A stretch of DNA of 64,000 nt. Origin: an uncultured delta proteobacterium (GTDB lineage Bacteria > Desulfobacterota > RBG-13-43-22). The notes under the pieces are model-generated. The model was not told the origin of the DNA. It saw nothing but the letters and a program-made list of their open reading frames with translations, and did no database searches. Of this stretch, positions 21,458-31,095 are shown in pieces (the first letter of the stretch is position 1; each line of letters starts with the position of its first letter). The position numbers were made by a program, and so were the translations under genes. The DNA lies in NCBI GenBank assembly GCA_963802945.1, contig CAWDKY010000034.1, forward strand, positions 1 through 64,000, read 5' to 3'.

Positions 21458-22261
21458 ATGAACATGGCTTATACCTTTCAGGCGAAACCATACTTCCAAC
21501 CGGCACACTTCGGACCCTGGCCCGTTGAGCCGGTCCTTCATTACGGCGACTTAACCTCCATATACATCAGCTACACAACGGACAAAGATACGCTGGCTTC
21601 CATGCTTCCCCCGGGCTTTGAACCAACCGTTGTGCCGACGGTAATGGTTTGGGCCCAGTACTGCCGTGATGTCAGCTTTCTATCCGGCTTCGGGTATAAT
21701 ATCGTGGGTGTGAATTTTTCCGCCGTCTGGAATGGCAAAAAAGAAACTCGCGAGAGGGCCCTTTCGGCGGTTCTATGGGAAAATGATTTTTTGCCGATCA
21801 TGTTTGGACGTGAACACCTGGGGGCGCCAAAATTGTGGGCCGACATCCCCGATGTCCAGATCACCAAAGAAAACGGTCGACATTTTCTGTGCTCAGATAA
21901 AGGCGCCATGCTGGTCGAGGGATTTATCACTGATCTGAACCCGTTGCCCCCTTCAGCTCTGGAAGCGATGGATGCCGAATCCCGGAAAGGCAACTGGTTC
22001 TGCTGGAAATACATTTCCCACGCCAGCCAGAAAAAAGCGGATTTAAGCCTGCCGACAGCCATGAAAAGCCAATCCAAACTAAAGGAAGCTTGGCTGGCAA
22101 AGGGCACTCACAAATTTCACACGCCGAAGTGGGAAGAATCTCCGTTATCCTCCCACATCATGGCCGGATTGAGCAAGCTCGTGGTTAAGGAGTACGTCGG
22201 GGCTTTGATGACCCGCGGTGAAAATGACCTGCTCTTCGGTGAAATCGATTACCTCGAATAG
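21458..22261 (+). CDS. Acetoacetate decarboxylase family protein 2
   Basis: QPAHFGP, VLWEND, GREHLGAPK. Confidence 0.88.
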   Translation: MNMAYTFQAKPYFQPAHFGPWPVEPVLHYGDLTSIYISYTTDKDTLASMLPPGFEPTVVPTVMVWAQYCRDVSFLSGFGYNIVGVNFSAVWNGKKETRERALSAVLWENDFLPIMFGREHLGAPKLWADIPDVQITKENGRHFLCSDKGAMLVEGFITDLNPLPPSALEAMDAESRKGNWFCWKYISHASQKKADLSLPTAMKSQSKLKEAWLAKGTHKFHTPKWEESPLSSHIMAGLSKLVVKEYVGALMTRGENDLLFGEIDYLE

Positions 22262-22286
22262 GATTTGCTGAAAGAAGGAGGACTGG

Positions 22287-23183
22287 ATGAAGCTAAAAGA
22301 CAAAGTGGCCTTGGTCGCCGGAGGTGGGCAAGGGATTGGTGAAGGGATTTCCCTTTGCCTGGCCGAAGAAGGAGCGGATGTGGCTATTGCCGATATTAAT
22401 GCAGAAAAAGCCAAACAGATGGCTGAAAAAATCAAATCTATGGGGCGCCAGGCACTAGCCTTAGCGGCTGATTTGACCGAAGAAGCCGAAGCCAAGAAGA
22501 CGGTTCGAGAGACAGTGGACTTTTTCGGCCGAATCGATATCCTGGTCAACAATATCGGCGGGGTAAGCGTGGAGACGCTGATGCAGATTGGGGAGAATCG
22601 GGCAGCCTTCGGGAATGAAGTTGTTCCGGAGTTCATGTACTTTAATTCAAAGGTTTGGGACCGTTATTACCAGCTGAATTTGAAAAGCCATGTTATGTTA
22701 TGCCAGGCCCTAACCCCTTATTTTATCAAACAGCGAAGCGGAAAGATCATCAATATATCTTCTGTTTCCGGGAGACTTCCGGAACCGGGCCACATGCCTT
22801 ATGGTTCGATGAAGGCCGGAGATATTTCCTTTACCTGGTCTTTGGCCAGTGCTCTGGCCCCTTATAATGTAACGGTCAACTGCATATGCCCAGGTTTTGT
22901 ATATACCCCCCTCTGGGAAATGGGGGCCACTGCCCGTCAGCAAATGCTTAAGGAAGCCAGGGCGAAAGGTCAAGTGCTTCCGCCCGGTGTTGCCCCCGAG
23001 GATGTTGAAAAACTTACGCCCAGGGAATTGTGGCTGAAGTATATGGTCAAGCCCTCTACCCCGCTTGGGAGAGAGCAGACGGCGGAGGATATGGGGCGGG
23101 CGGTGGTTTTCCTGGTTTCGGAGGATGCTAAAAATATCACCGGGCAGGTATTGCATGTAGACGGCGGGCTGGCCATGCGCTGA
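22287..23183 (+). CDS. Short-chain dehydrogenase/reductase
   Basis: GGGQGIG, NNIG, YGSMK (YxxxK), ITGQVLHVDGG. Confidence 0.93.
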   Translation: MKLKDKVALVAGGGQGIGEGISLCLAEEGADVAIADINAEKAKQMAEKIKSMGRQALALAADLTEEAEAKKTVRETVDFFGRIDILVNNIGGVSVETLMQIGENRAAFGNEVVPEFMYFNSKVWDRYYQLNLKSHVMLCQALTPYFIKQRSGKIINISSVSGRLPEPGHMPYGSMKAGDISFTWSLASALAPYNVTVNCICPGFVYTPLWEMGATARQQMLKEARAKGQVLPPGVAPEDVEKLTPRELWLKYMVKPSTPLGREQTAEDMGRAVVFLVSEDAKNITGQVLHVDGGLAMR

Positions 23184-23231
23184 TAAACAATTCTGTATTA
23201 GAAAATGTTTGTTGCCTAAAAAAGGAATGAG

Positions 23232-24326
23232 ATGAAAGCTTGTATGGCCACGGGAGAAAAAAGGCGGATAGAGTGTCAGGAAGTGGCGACCCCAGCCATA
23301 GGAACAGGGATGCTCCTTTTGAAAACGAGGTTTGCCTGTATCTGCGGCAGCGACCTGGAATATCTGGACGGTTCTTTTGGCCTCGTCACGAAAGGGGTCG
23401 GACATTTAGGTGCGGTTATAGGGCACAGTGTGGCTGCCGATCTGGGTCTTGAAAAAATGAACCCGAATGATTTACCCGATGAGATCCGCGGTATACGCCC
23501 GGGATCTATACCGGGTCATGAGTTTGTTGCGGAAGTGGTGGAAATCGGCGAGGGCGTAACCGGCTGGTCTATTGGCGACCGTGCGGTACCCGGCGTCAAC
23601 CCGTCCGCACCACCGCCGCCTCCGAGCCAGCCATCGGGTTATGAGACTTACAAAGCTTGGGCGGAATATATGGCAGTCCCTCCTTATTATGTTCTGAAAG
23701 TGCCTGAACATGTTTCAGATGAAGAGGCTGTATTTGTGGAGCCGTTGAATACGGGCGTAGGCTCAGTGATAGGCTCCGCGTTGAGGCCGGGGCAGTCCGG
23801 GGTTATTATCGGGGCCGGCAAAATTGGCCTCCTGGCCATGATGTCGGCCAAGGTGTATGGGGCCTCGCCGATAATCGGCGTCGATGTTGTTCAATCCCGT
23901 CTGGGAAAGGCCCTCGAGCTGGGAGCCGATGCTGTCGTCAATGCGAGGGAGGCGGATGTCGTATCGGAAGTCGTGCGGTTGACAGGAGATGGAGCCAACG
24001 CTGTTATTATATGCGTTCGAGATGGCGACGTGTTGAACCAGGCCGTGGAGATGGGGTGCCGCGGCGCTACAATCGTGCTGGCGGGTTTTGTCCCGCCGGT
24101 GGAAGTCAACCCGATGCTCTGGACGCACAAGCAGTTGAAAATCATCGGTGTATTGGGCGGCCCTGCGGGGTGCGAGAATGTTTCAGTATTATCAATGTAT
24201 CTCATTGCCCATAAACAGATCGACCCCAGACCGCTGATTTCCGAGATCATGTCCTTTGCTGATGTCCAGAGGGCCATTGATTCGGTTTACAGTGGCAAGA
24301 ACATTGCCGTGCTTTTGAAGCCATAG
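23232..24326 (+). CDS. Zinc-binding medium-chain dehydrogenase
   Basis: CICGSD, GHEF, VEPL, GAGKIG. Confidence 0.88.
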   Translation: MKACMATGEKRRIECQEVATPAIGTGMLLLKTRFACICGSDLEYLDGSFGLVTKGVGHLGAVIGHSVAADLGLEKMNPNDLPDEIRGIRPGSIPGHEFVAEVVEIGEGVTGWSIGDRAVPGVNPSAPPPPPSQPSGYETYKAWAEYMAVPPYYVLKVPEHVSDEEAVFVEPLNTGVGSVIGSALRPGQSGVIIGAGKIGLLAMMSAKVYGASPIIGVDVVQSRLGKALELGADAVVNAREADVVSEVVRLTGDGANAVIICVRDGDVLNQAVEMGCRGATIVLAGFVPPVEVNPMLWTHKQLKIIGVLGGPAGCENVSVLSMYLIAHKQIDPRPLISEIMSFADVQRAIDSVYSGKNIAVLLKP

Positions 24327-24493
24327 AGAAAAAATCAGGTTGAGCGTTAAGTGTGCGAGGGTCAAGGTTAAAGGAAGAACAAATTGAATCCATGAGATAT
24401 TAAACTCTATTTTTCATCCCCTGTACTTTAATCATTGGGGTGAGCAGTCGATGTGAAAAATCAGCTTAACTTTAGAATGGGAGGGAATATAAG

Positions 24494-26173
24494 ATGGCCA
24501 TGATTGACGGAGGAGCCCTGGTCGGGAAGGCCCTGGCCAATGAGGGCGTAGAAAAGGCCTTTGTTTTGTGCGGCGGGCATATCATGCCGATTTTTTATGG
24601 GATGCGAGAAGCGGGCATTGAGATCATTGATATGCGTCACGAGTGTGCGGCCGTGTACGCGGCTATCGCTTATATCAGGGCCTCTGGTAAGCCGGCAGTG
24701 GTGGTGACCACAGCCGGGCCGGGCATTGGTAATACACCGGCGGGAATGATAGAGGCCCAGTCTCTGGGCATACCGCTTCTTCATATCGGTGGGGCAGTAG
24801 CCATGGCCAAGAGGGACACCGGAGATCTTCAGGATATGTCGACCCTGAAGGTAATGGAAAGCTGCTCCAACTGGTCACAGAAAATCACCCAGACCGAACG
24901 AATCCCGGAGTATATTGCCATGGCCTATCGCTATGCCAATGATTTAAATCCGGGACCGGTCTATCTGGAAATTCCTACGGATCTCTTGTTTGCCCAGGTC
25001 GAAGAAGAGAAAATAGTTTTTCCGCTGAATTATCGTACCCGGGCCATCCCCTATGGAGATCCGGCCTTGATCGATGCAGCGGCAGAGCTCCTGGTCAAGG
25101 CCCAGCGGCCGGCGGTTGTGGTCGGCGATGGGGCATTGTTAACGGTTGGGGATAAGGCTTGGGCTGTTGCAGCTCTCTCGGATTATTTAAAAATGCCGGT
25201 GGGTGTCTCGGGCTCAGCATGCCGAGGATTATTCGGGGATGAATATAAGAACCCGTTGCTTAGAACCAACGCCATGTTTTTTGCCGATTTAGTCCTGACC
25301 CTAGGTGTACGTTTTGATTTCAGATTGGGATTGGGGGGTATGATACCGAAGGAGGCCAAGGTCATCCAGGTCCACACGGATATGCGCCAGATCGGTTTCA
25401 ATCTCCCGGTGGATATCGGTATAGTTGGAGGAGCCGGCCCCGTAGCCAGTCAGTTGTTAGAGGCGGTAAAAGTAAAGCAGCCTAAGCCCTCGGAGGTTCC
25501 TTGGACTGGGCCGAATCCAAAGTCCATGAAGGATCTTATGCCTGAGGCCTACGAGGCGAAGAATGTCCCTATTCACCCTGCCCGTTGTGCGGGCGAGGTG
25601 GCCAAGTTTCTCGAAAAAGAAGGCCGTGATTGGACCTTGATTTGTGATGGGGGCGAGGCCGCCATCTGGATGATCATTGCAGCCACGGCGGGGCGTCCGA
25701 GCCAGATCCATTCCTCGGGCCCGAACGGGACTATCGGCACAGGACCGGCCTTGGCTGTCGGAGCCTGGGTGGCCAACCGAAAACCGGTCTTGTGGTACAC
25801 CGGTGATGGAAGCTTTGGTTTTTATCCAATGGAAATGGACACTATGGCCCGGTTTGGAATCCCTGTGGTTTGCGTGATCTCTAATGATTCGGCCTGGGGG
25901 ATGATCCGCCTGGCCGAGAGATATATACGGCCCGAGGAGATTGAAACCAAGGGACAGTGCAACGTGGAGCTGCATCATATGCGCGCTTATGAGAAGATGG
26001 CGGCCATGTGGGACGGGCACGGCGAGTGTGTTACAGATCCCGATGAGATCATCCCGGCCATCAAACGGGCGGCGGCTAACGGGAAACCTTCGATCATCAA
26101 TGTGGAAGTAGACAAGGTAAGCCTCTCCCCCATGATCGCAGGCTACGCCAGTATGGTCAAACCATCTAACTGA
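24494..26173 (+). CDS. ThDP-dependent enzyme (IlvB-like / 2-hydroxyacyl-CoA lyase / benzaldehyde lyase family)
   Basis: LCGGHI, DMRHE, TAGPG, GPVYLEIP, GDGSFG..NDSAWG. Confidence 0.9.
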   Translation: MAMIDGGALVGKALANEGVEKAFVLCGGHIMPIFYGMREAGIEIIDMRHECAAVYAAIAYIRASGKPAVVVTTAGPGIGNTPAGMIEAQSLGIPLLHIGGAVAMAKRDTGDLQDMSTLKVMESCSNWSQKITQTERIPEYIAMAYRYANDLNPGPVYLEIPTDLLFAQVEEEKIVFPLNYRTRAIPYGDPALIDAAAELLVKAQRPAVVVGDGALLTVGDKAWAVAALSDYLKMPVGVSGSACRGLFGDEYKNPLLRTNAMFFADLVLTLGVRFDFRLGLGGMIPKEAKVIQVHTDMRQIGFNLPVDIGIVGGAGPVASQLLEAVKVKQPKPSEVPWTGPNPKSMKDLMPEAYEAKNVPIHPARCAGEVAKFLEKEGRDWTLICDGGEAAIWMIIAATAGRPSQIHSSGPNGTIGTGPALAVGAWVANRKPVLWYTGDGSFGFYPMEMDTMARFGIPVVCVISNDSAWGMIRLAERYIRPEEIETKGQCNVELHHMRAYEKMAAMWDGHGECVTDPDEIIPAIKRAAANGKPSIINVEVDKVSLSPMIAGYASMVKPSN

Positions 26174-26294
26174 GGGGACGAGAAAAATTTGCTTATGATG
26201 TTTATCATCAAAATATCCTGACTCTTATCCAAACGGAGGGAGATTGAATTGCCTGATATTGATATCGATACCCCTTCAAACCTCTTATTCGGAT

Positions 26295-27290
26295 CTATTT
26301 TTTTATTAAAATAGCCACAAAGAATGATATCAGGAAGACCACGGGGAAAAGATATACAGACCATAAATCAAACAGGCGCGCCTTATGATCCCTGCCATTA
26401 TGATACAGCCTTAAGGCAACACAGGATTCAAGTACAGAAAGAAATATGAAAAAAAATCCCAGAAAATGAACATGGTCCGCTAAGGTTAAAACGGGGCTCT
26501 CAAATATCCTTTGCGATACAACAATATGGGATGATACAGCCCCAAACATTCCTGTTACGCAAACACTAAAACGAGGGGCTGCATAATGTTTGGGGTGAAT
26601 AAGAAAGGTTAAAAAGGCAATGGCCACTGAGATAAACAAGGCCAGGAATGTCTTTAAAAATAAATTGAAGCCCTTGTGATCAATAGGAACATCAAAGGTG
26701 AATCGTGAATAGGTCGCTTTTTCATCAGGACTTCTCGACGGTTTCCCAAAATTAGTTTCATAGATATTATCGGAAATATAGACTTTAGGGGTGCGTATAA
26801 CCCAGTCATTGATATTCAACCCGGAATATATTTTTGAATTTTCCACATCAGGGACATAAATCAATTTTTTTGTATCGTCATCCTCGTCTTCGACATAGAT
26901 AGATATTATTTGCTTGTCCCATGGATATGAGGATAAGCTGAATCGTGTGTGAAGGTTCGCTCTGCATCGGTAAGAAACATGATGATAGTCGCCATGGGTG
27001 ATTAAGTTATCCTGCTTGGCTTTATAGGCCAGGTATCCGTTCATGATCTCAAAATTTCGCGGATTCACATCTCCTTTCCATTTAAACCAAATATAGAAAT
27101 CAACCGTGTAAGTGCCTTTTCTGATATCAAGGTCATAAACGTCCATGATATAGATTCCGATAGTTACTTTGGCCGGATTTGGATGTTTTGATTCCTTGGA
27201 CAGGGCCTCGGACGAGAAAACAAAAACAAGGATTAGGCAGAGAAACAAAGAGAGGTGATTAAAAAATGGGCGTATAAAGGATTTCATCAT
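26295..27290 (-). CDS. Prokaryotic pentameric ligand-gated ion channel (GLIC/ELIC-like)
   Basis: Signal peptide; VTIGIYI..YTVDFYIWFKW; Pro-loop YPWDKQ; four C-terminal TM helices with LTLAD before M3. Start taken at MMKS. Confidence 0.8.
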   Translation of the reverse strand: MMKSFIRPFFNHLSLFLCLILVFVFSSEALSKESKHPNPAKVTIGIYIMDVYDLDIRKGTYTVDFYIWFKWKGDVNPRNFEIMNGYLAYKAKQDNLITHGDYHHVSYRCRANLHTRFSLSSYPWDKQIISIYVEDEDDDTKKLIYVPDVENSKIYSGLNINDWVIRTPKVYISDNIYETNFGKPSRSPDEKATYSRFTFDVPIDHKGFNLFLKTFLALFISVAIAFLTFLIHPKHYAAPRFSVCVTGMFGAVSSHIVVSQRIFESPVLTLADHVHFLGFFFIFLSVLESCVALRLYHNGRDHKARLFDLWSVYLFPVVFLISFFVAILIKK

Positions 27291-27478
27291 TAGCCTTTTT
27301 TTCACTATTCTCCAAAGACCTATCTTCTTTTTTCGGTTTGTCCTATTAGTGGAAAAAAAGGGATGAGGCGCAATAAAACCAAACATGAACACCCCTTAGT
27401 GTAAGAACTGGTTTATGATGGGAAGAGTATAAAACAAGGAAAAGACAGGATCAAGAAGAAAAATAGGGCAGAAGGCAA

Positions 27479-27692
27479 GGGGATAAAGGGCGTCCTTATT
27501 TTCCTTTTGACGAAGCCCCAGATAGACGTTATTATAGAAGCCATGATAGCGAACTCCCACCGAAGGCAGGATTCCCCATGATCGGGGGTATGGGAACACA
27601 TAATCAATAGATGATCAGGGACTCTTCAGGGAGATAGGACATTCGTTCTTGAGAGAAAGAGACCCATTTATGATGTAGCGGGCCAGATATTC
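27479..27692 (-). pseudogene. Degenerate IS91-family (Y2) transposase remnant
   Basis: Fragments across frames: EYLARYII, SFSQERMSYLPEES, MCSHTPDHGE, VRYHGFYNNV..RQKENKD match the recalled IS91 C-terminal consensus. Confidence 0.7.
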
Positions 27693-27747
27693 CTTAGCTC
27701 CTTAATGTTTGTACTTATTACCTAAGAGAGCAGGAGATTATTTATAA

Positions 27748-29157
27748 ATGGAAAAATTTAAAAAGATACTGATAGCCAACCGCGGTGAGATTGCGGTCCG
27801 GATAATCCGCACTTGTAAAGATATGGGTATCAGCACCGTGGCCGTCTATTCTCAGGCTGATGTCGATGCACTGCATGTCCAATTGGCAGATGAGGCTTAT
27901 GAAATTGGCCCGCCTGAAGCCTTTGAAAGTTATTTAAGCTTCGAAAAAATCATTTTCACGGCCCAGCAAAGCGGCGCAGATGCGATTCATCCGGGATATG
28001 GATTTCTTGCTGAAAACCCTGAGTTTGTCGAGCGCTGCGAAGAGGCCCAAATTACCTTTATCGGCCCTTCCAGCCAATGTATGTTTAAAGCCAAACCCAA
28101 GAACCGTGCCCGTCAGCTCATGAGGATGATTAATATCCCCGTCACGCCTGGTTGTGATGACGCCATCACTAACGGCACTAAAGAAGGTAAAGGCCAGGCC
28201 AAAGCAATAGCCGCAGAAGTAGGCTATCCCGTGATCGTTAAGCCTTCCGGTGGCGGCGGTGGGATTGGTATTATGCTAGCCCGCAATGAAGAGGAATTAA
28301 GCAAAGCCATTGCTGGCGCGGAGTCACGCGGCCGTAAAGCCTTCGGCACTTCGTCCTTCTATATAGAAAAATATCTTTCCAATATGAAGCACGTTGAATT
28401 TCAAGTGCTGGCCGACAAATTCGGCAATGTGGTGCATCTGGGTGAACGCGATTGCTCCATACAACGCCGTTTTCAGAAGCTGATCGAAGAAGCGCCTTGT
28501 CCTATTGTCAGCCCTTTCTGGCGGATGAAAATGGGTGCCGCCGCCATCGATGTAGCCTTCGCACTGGAATATGAAGGTGCCCTAACGGTTGAATTTTTTT
28601 ATTTCCCCGATGAAAGAAAATTTTATTTCAATGAGATCAACTCGCGTTTGCAGGTGGAGCACTGTGTCACCGAGATGGTTACCGGTATTGATATCATCCG
28701 GGAACAAATTCGAATTGCCCAAGGCGAAGAGTTAAGTTTTAACCAGGACGATATTCGGATGAACCTCCACGCCGTTGAATGCCGTATTAATGCAGAGGAT
28801 GCCCTGCGCAATTTTATACCTTCCCCGGGAATTATTAATAAATTGCGTCTGCCCCACGGCCCGGGTATTCGTATTGATGAGGGGATCTATGAAGGTTACC
28901 ATTTCCCCTTTTATTATGACTCTCTGATGATGAAACTCATGAGTACGGGAAAAACTCGGGATGATGCCATCAACCGCATGAGGCGAGCGCTCAGTGAACT
29001 GGAGCTGAAAGGCGTTAGAACCACCATTCCTTTCCACAATATTATGCTGGATCATAATGACTTTATAAGTGGTAACTATACGACCGATCTTGCTGATCAG
29101 CCTGAAATTAGAAACTTGCTGAAAATAGCAATGACTGAAAAAAAATCGCCAGCCTGA
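27748..29157 (+). CDS. Biotin carboxylase (AccC/PycA-like)
   Basis: KILIANRGEIAVR, IHPGYGFLAEN, ERDCSIQRR, RLQVEH, ECRINAED, YYDS. Confidence 0.93.
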   Translation: MEKFKKILIANRGEIAVRIIRTCKDMGISTVAVYSQADVDALHVQLADEAYEIGPPEAFESYLSFEKIIFTAQQSGADAIHPGYGFLAENPEFVERCEEAQITFIGPSSQCMFKAKPKNRARQLMRMINIPVTPGCDDAITNGTKEGKGQAKAIAAEVGYPVIVKPSGGGGGIGIMLARNEEELSKAIAGAESRGRKAFGTSSFYIEKYLSNMKHVEFQVLADKFGNVVHLGERDCSIQRRFQKLIEEAPCPIVSPFWRMKMGAAAIDVAFALEYEGALTVEFFYFPDERKFYFNEINSRLQVEHCVTEMVTGIDIIREQIRIAQGEELSFNQDDIRMNLHAVECRINAEDALRNFIPSPGIINKLRLPHGPGIRIDEGIYEGYHFPFYYDSLMMKLMSTGKTRDDAINRMRRALSELELKGVRTTIPFHNIMLDHNDFISGNYTTDLADQPEIRNLLKIAMTEKKSPA

Positions 29158-29207
29158 AATATTTTTATTAGAATTAAAAGATTAGTGATGTAGGAAGGAA
29201 TTGATTA

Positions 29208-29972
29208 ATGAGTTACACGATTGCCTTGGCCGGAAAAGGGGGGACCGGGAAGACGACCATGGCCGGTCTTTTGATCCAATACATGGTGGAACGAGGTCTC
29301 AAACCAATATTGGCCGTGGATGCCGATGCCAATGCCAATCTGAATGAAGTCCTTGGGGTCCCGGCCCGCCAAACCATCGGGGATGCCCGGGAGGAGATGA
29401 AAAAAGGCGGCCTGCCTAATATGACCAAGGATATTTTTATGGAAATGAGGATTCAAGAATCCCTGGTAGAGTCCGAAGGATTTGATCTGATCATCATGGG
29501 CCGGCCGGAAGGACAGGGATGTTACTGCGCCGCCAACTCCTTACTTTCACAATTTATAGAAAAATTATCTCAAAATTATCCCTATCTGGTGGTCGATAAT
29601 GAAGCCGGTATGGAACATATCAGCCGGCTGACCACCAGGGAGATCAATGTCCTATTGATCGTTTCCGACAGTTCCCGCCGAGGTATCCAGGCAGCAGTTC
29701 GGATTGGAGAATTGACCCGGGAGTTAGGGCTTAAAATTGAAAAAAGATTGGTCATCATCAATAGGGCCGAGACGGAGGACCTTCCGGAACTTAAGGCCTG
29801 GGAAACCCTATTGCAAGACCAGGGATTGATTCTTTTGGGGGTTATCCCCAAAGATGAACTCATTTACGAGTTCGATAAAGAAGGAAAACCCTTCAGCACC
29901 CTTCCTGAAAATTCATTGGCCCGAGCCGCGGCATTTAAGTTGTTTGATTTGTTGTTTAAGCCCCTTGCCTAA
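29208..29972 (+). CDS. cooC: CooC/AcsF-family nickel-insertion ATPase
   Basis: GKGGTGKTT, VDADAN, GCYC, DNEAGMEH. Confidence 0.85.
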   Translation: MSYTIALAGKGGTGKTTMAGLLIQYMVERGLKPILAVDADANANLNEVLGVPARQTIGDAREEMKKGGLPNMTKDIFMEMRIQESLVESEGFDLIIMGRPEGQGCYCAANSLLSQFIEKLSQNYPYLVVDNEAGMEHISRLTTREINVLLIVSDSSRRGIQAAVRIGELTRELGLKIEKRLVIINRAETEDLPELKAWETLLQDQGLILLGVIPKDELIYEFDKEGKPFSTLPENSLARAAAFKLFDLLFKPLA

Positions 29973-30008
29973 GCAAAAAACTGATTATCGTCTGGCAGGT
30001 TTTTTCAA

Positions 30009-30941
30009 TCAGAAAATAACGGATATTTTTTTAGGCAGGATCTGGAATCGGGCCGGGAGACGGCCGACCAGTTCTCCGTCCAGATCGATCAGGACCTCTT
30101 CCTCGGAGGTCAGTTCTAGGGTTCCGGCTTGAAAGGTTTTCACCTTGGGGTGCTTGGCAATGGTCCCCCGATAAAGGCGGCCGATATTGGTCAGAACGTC
30201 GAATTTGGAGACATCGCCGATAATCACCAGTTCAAAAAGTCCATCATTCAACAGAGCTTCCGGGGCCACCCACATACTACCGCCAAAATATTTCCCGTTG
30301 GCCACAACGACCGAACTGGCCCGTGTTTCCAAGGTCTCTCTGTTGTCGAGGGTTATCCGAAGCGCTTTATTTTGATAGCGGAAAAGGGTTATCAGGACCC
30401 CTTTTAAAAAGCTGAGTTTTCCACCCAGCCTTTTGGAATGGCTGTTCACATAACGAACCAGATCCCCGCCGAAACCTACATCGGTGACATTGACAAAATA
30501 CCGCTGAACCGGTCGGCCCTCCAGATCCGTAAAATGAACCTGACCGATATCGATACGCTGTGCAGTGCCCTGAAGGGCCTGCCGGGCTGCCTGGGAAAGG
30601 GAATGGGAAATCCCCAGGGTGCGGACCAGGTCGGCCCCGGTTCCGCTGGGTAAAAAGACCAGGGGGATATTATCGGCTGAGCGGCTTAAAAGACCGTTGA
30701 CCACTTCATTGAAGGTGCCGTCTCCTCCATGCACAGCAATAGTCGAAAAGCCGAGGTCAACCGCTTTTTGGGCCAGTTCCTGGGCGTGGCCAGGGTGCAT
30801 GGTAGGCCAGACTTCAAAGTGAGGCCAAAGCGGTCGCAGTAGGTTTTCCGTGCCTGTCCATTGCCGGCCTGTCCTTCCATTGGCGCTGACCGGATTGACG
30901 ATGACGACCCAGGAAGGATTGTTGGATAGCTCTCGACTCAT
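30009..30941 (-). CDS. Diacylglycerol kinase family lipid kinase (YegS/BmrU)
   Basis: NPVSANG, GGDGT, GTGAD, NGKYFGG, DGE. Confidence 0.9.
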   Translation of the reverse strand: MSRELSNNPSWVVIVNPVSANGRTGRQWTGTENLLRPLWPHFEVWPTMHPGHAQELAQKAVDLGFSTIAVHGGDGTFNEVVNGLLSRSADNIPLVFLPSGTGADLVRTLGISHSLSQAARQALQGTAQRIDIGQVHFTDLEGRPVQRYFVNVTDVGFGGDLVRYVNSHSKRLGGKLSFLKGVLITLFRYQNKALRITLDNRETLETRASSVVVANGKYFGGSMWVAPEALLNDGLFELVIIGDVSKFDVLTNIGRLYRGTIAKHPKVKTFQAGTLELTSEEEVLIDLDGELVGRLPARFQILPKKISVIF

Positions 30942-31095
30942 TGGTTGGAAGGTCCTTTCTCTATCCTCTTGACCGCTTGAGGCAGATGCTGTGAAATATG
31001 AAATGAATATCGAATAATAAATACTGAAATGCGAAGGAAGGCAAGAAAAATCCCTTCATGATTCGAAATTCAGTGTTCGAAATTCATATTTTTAA

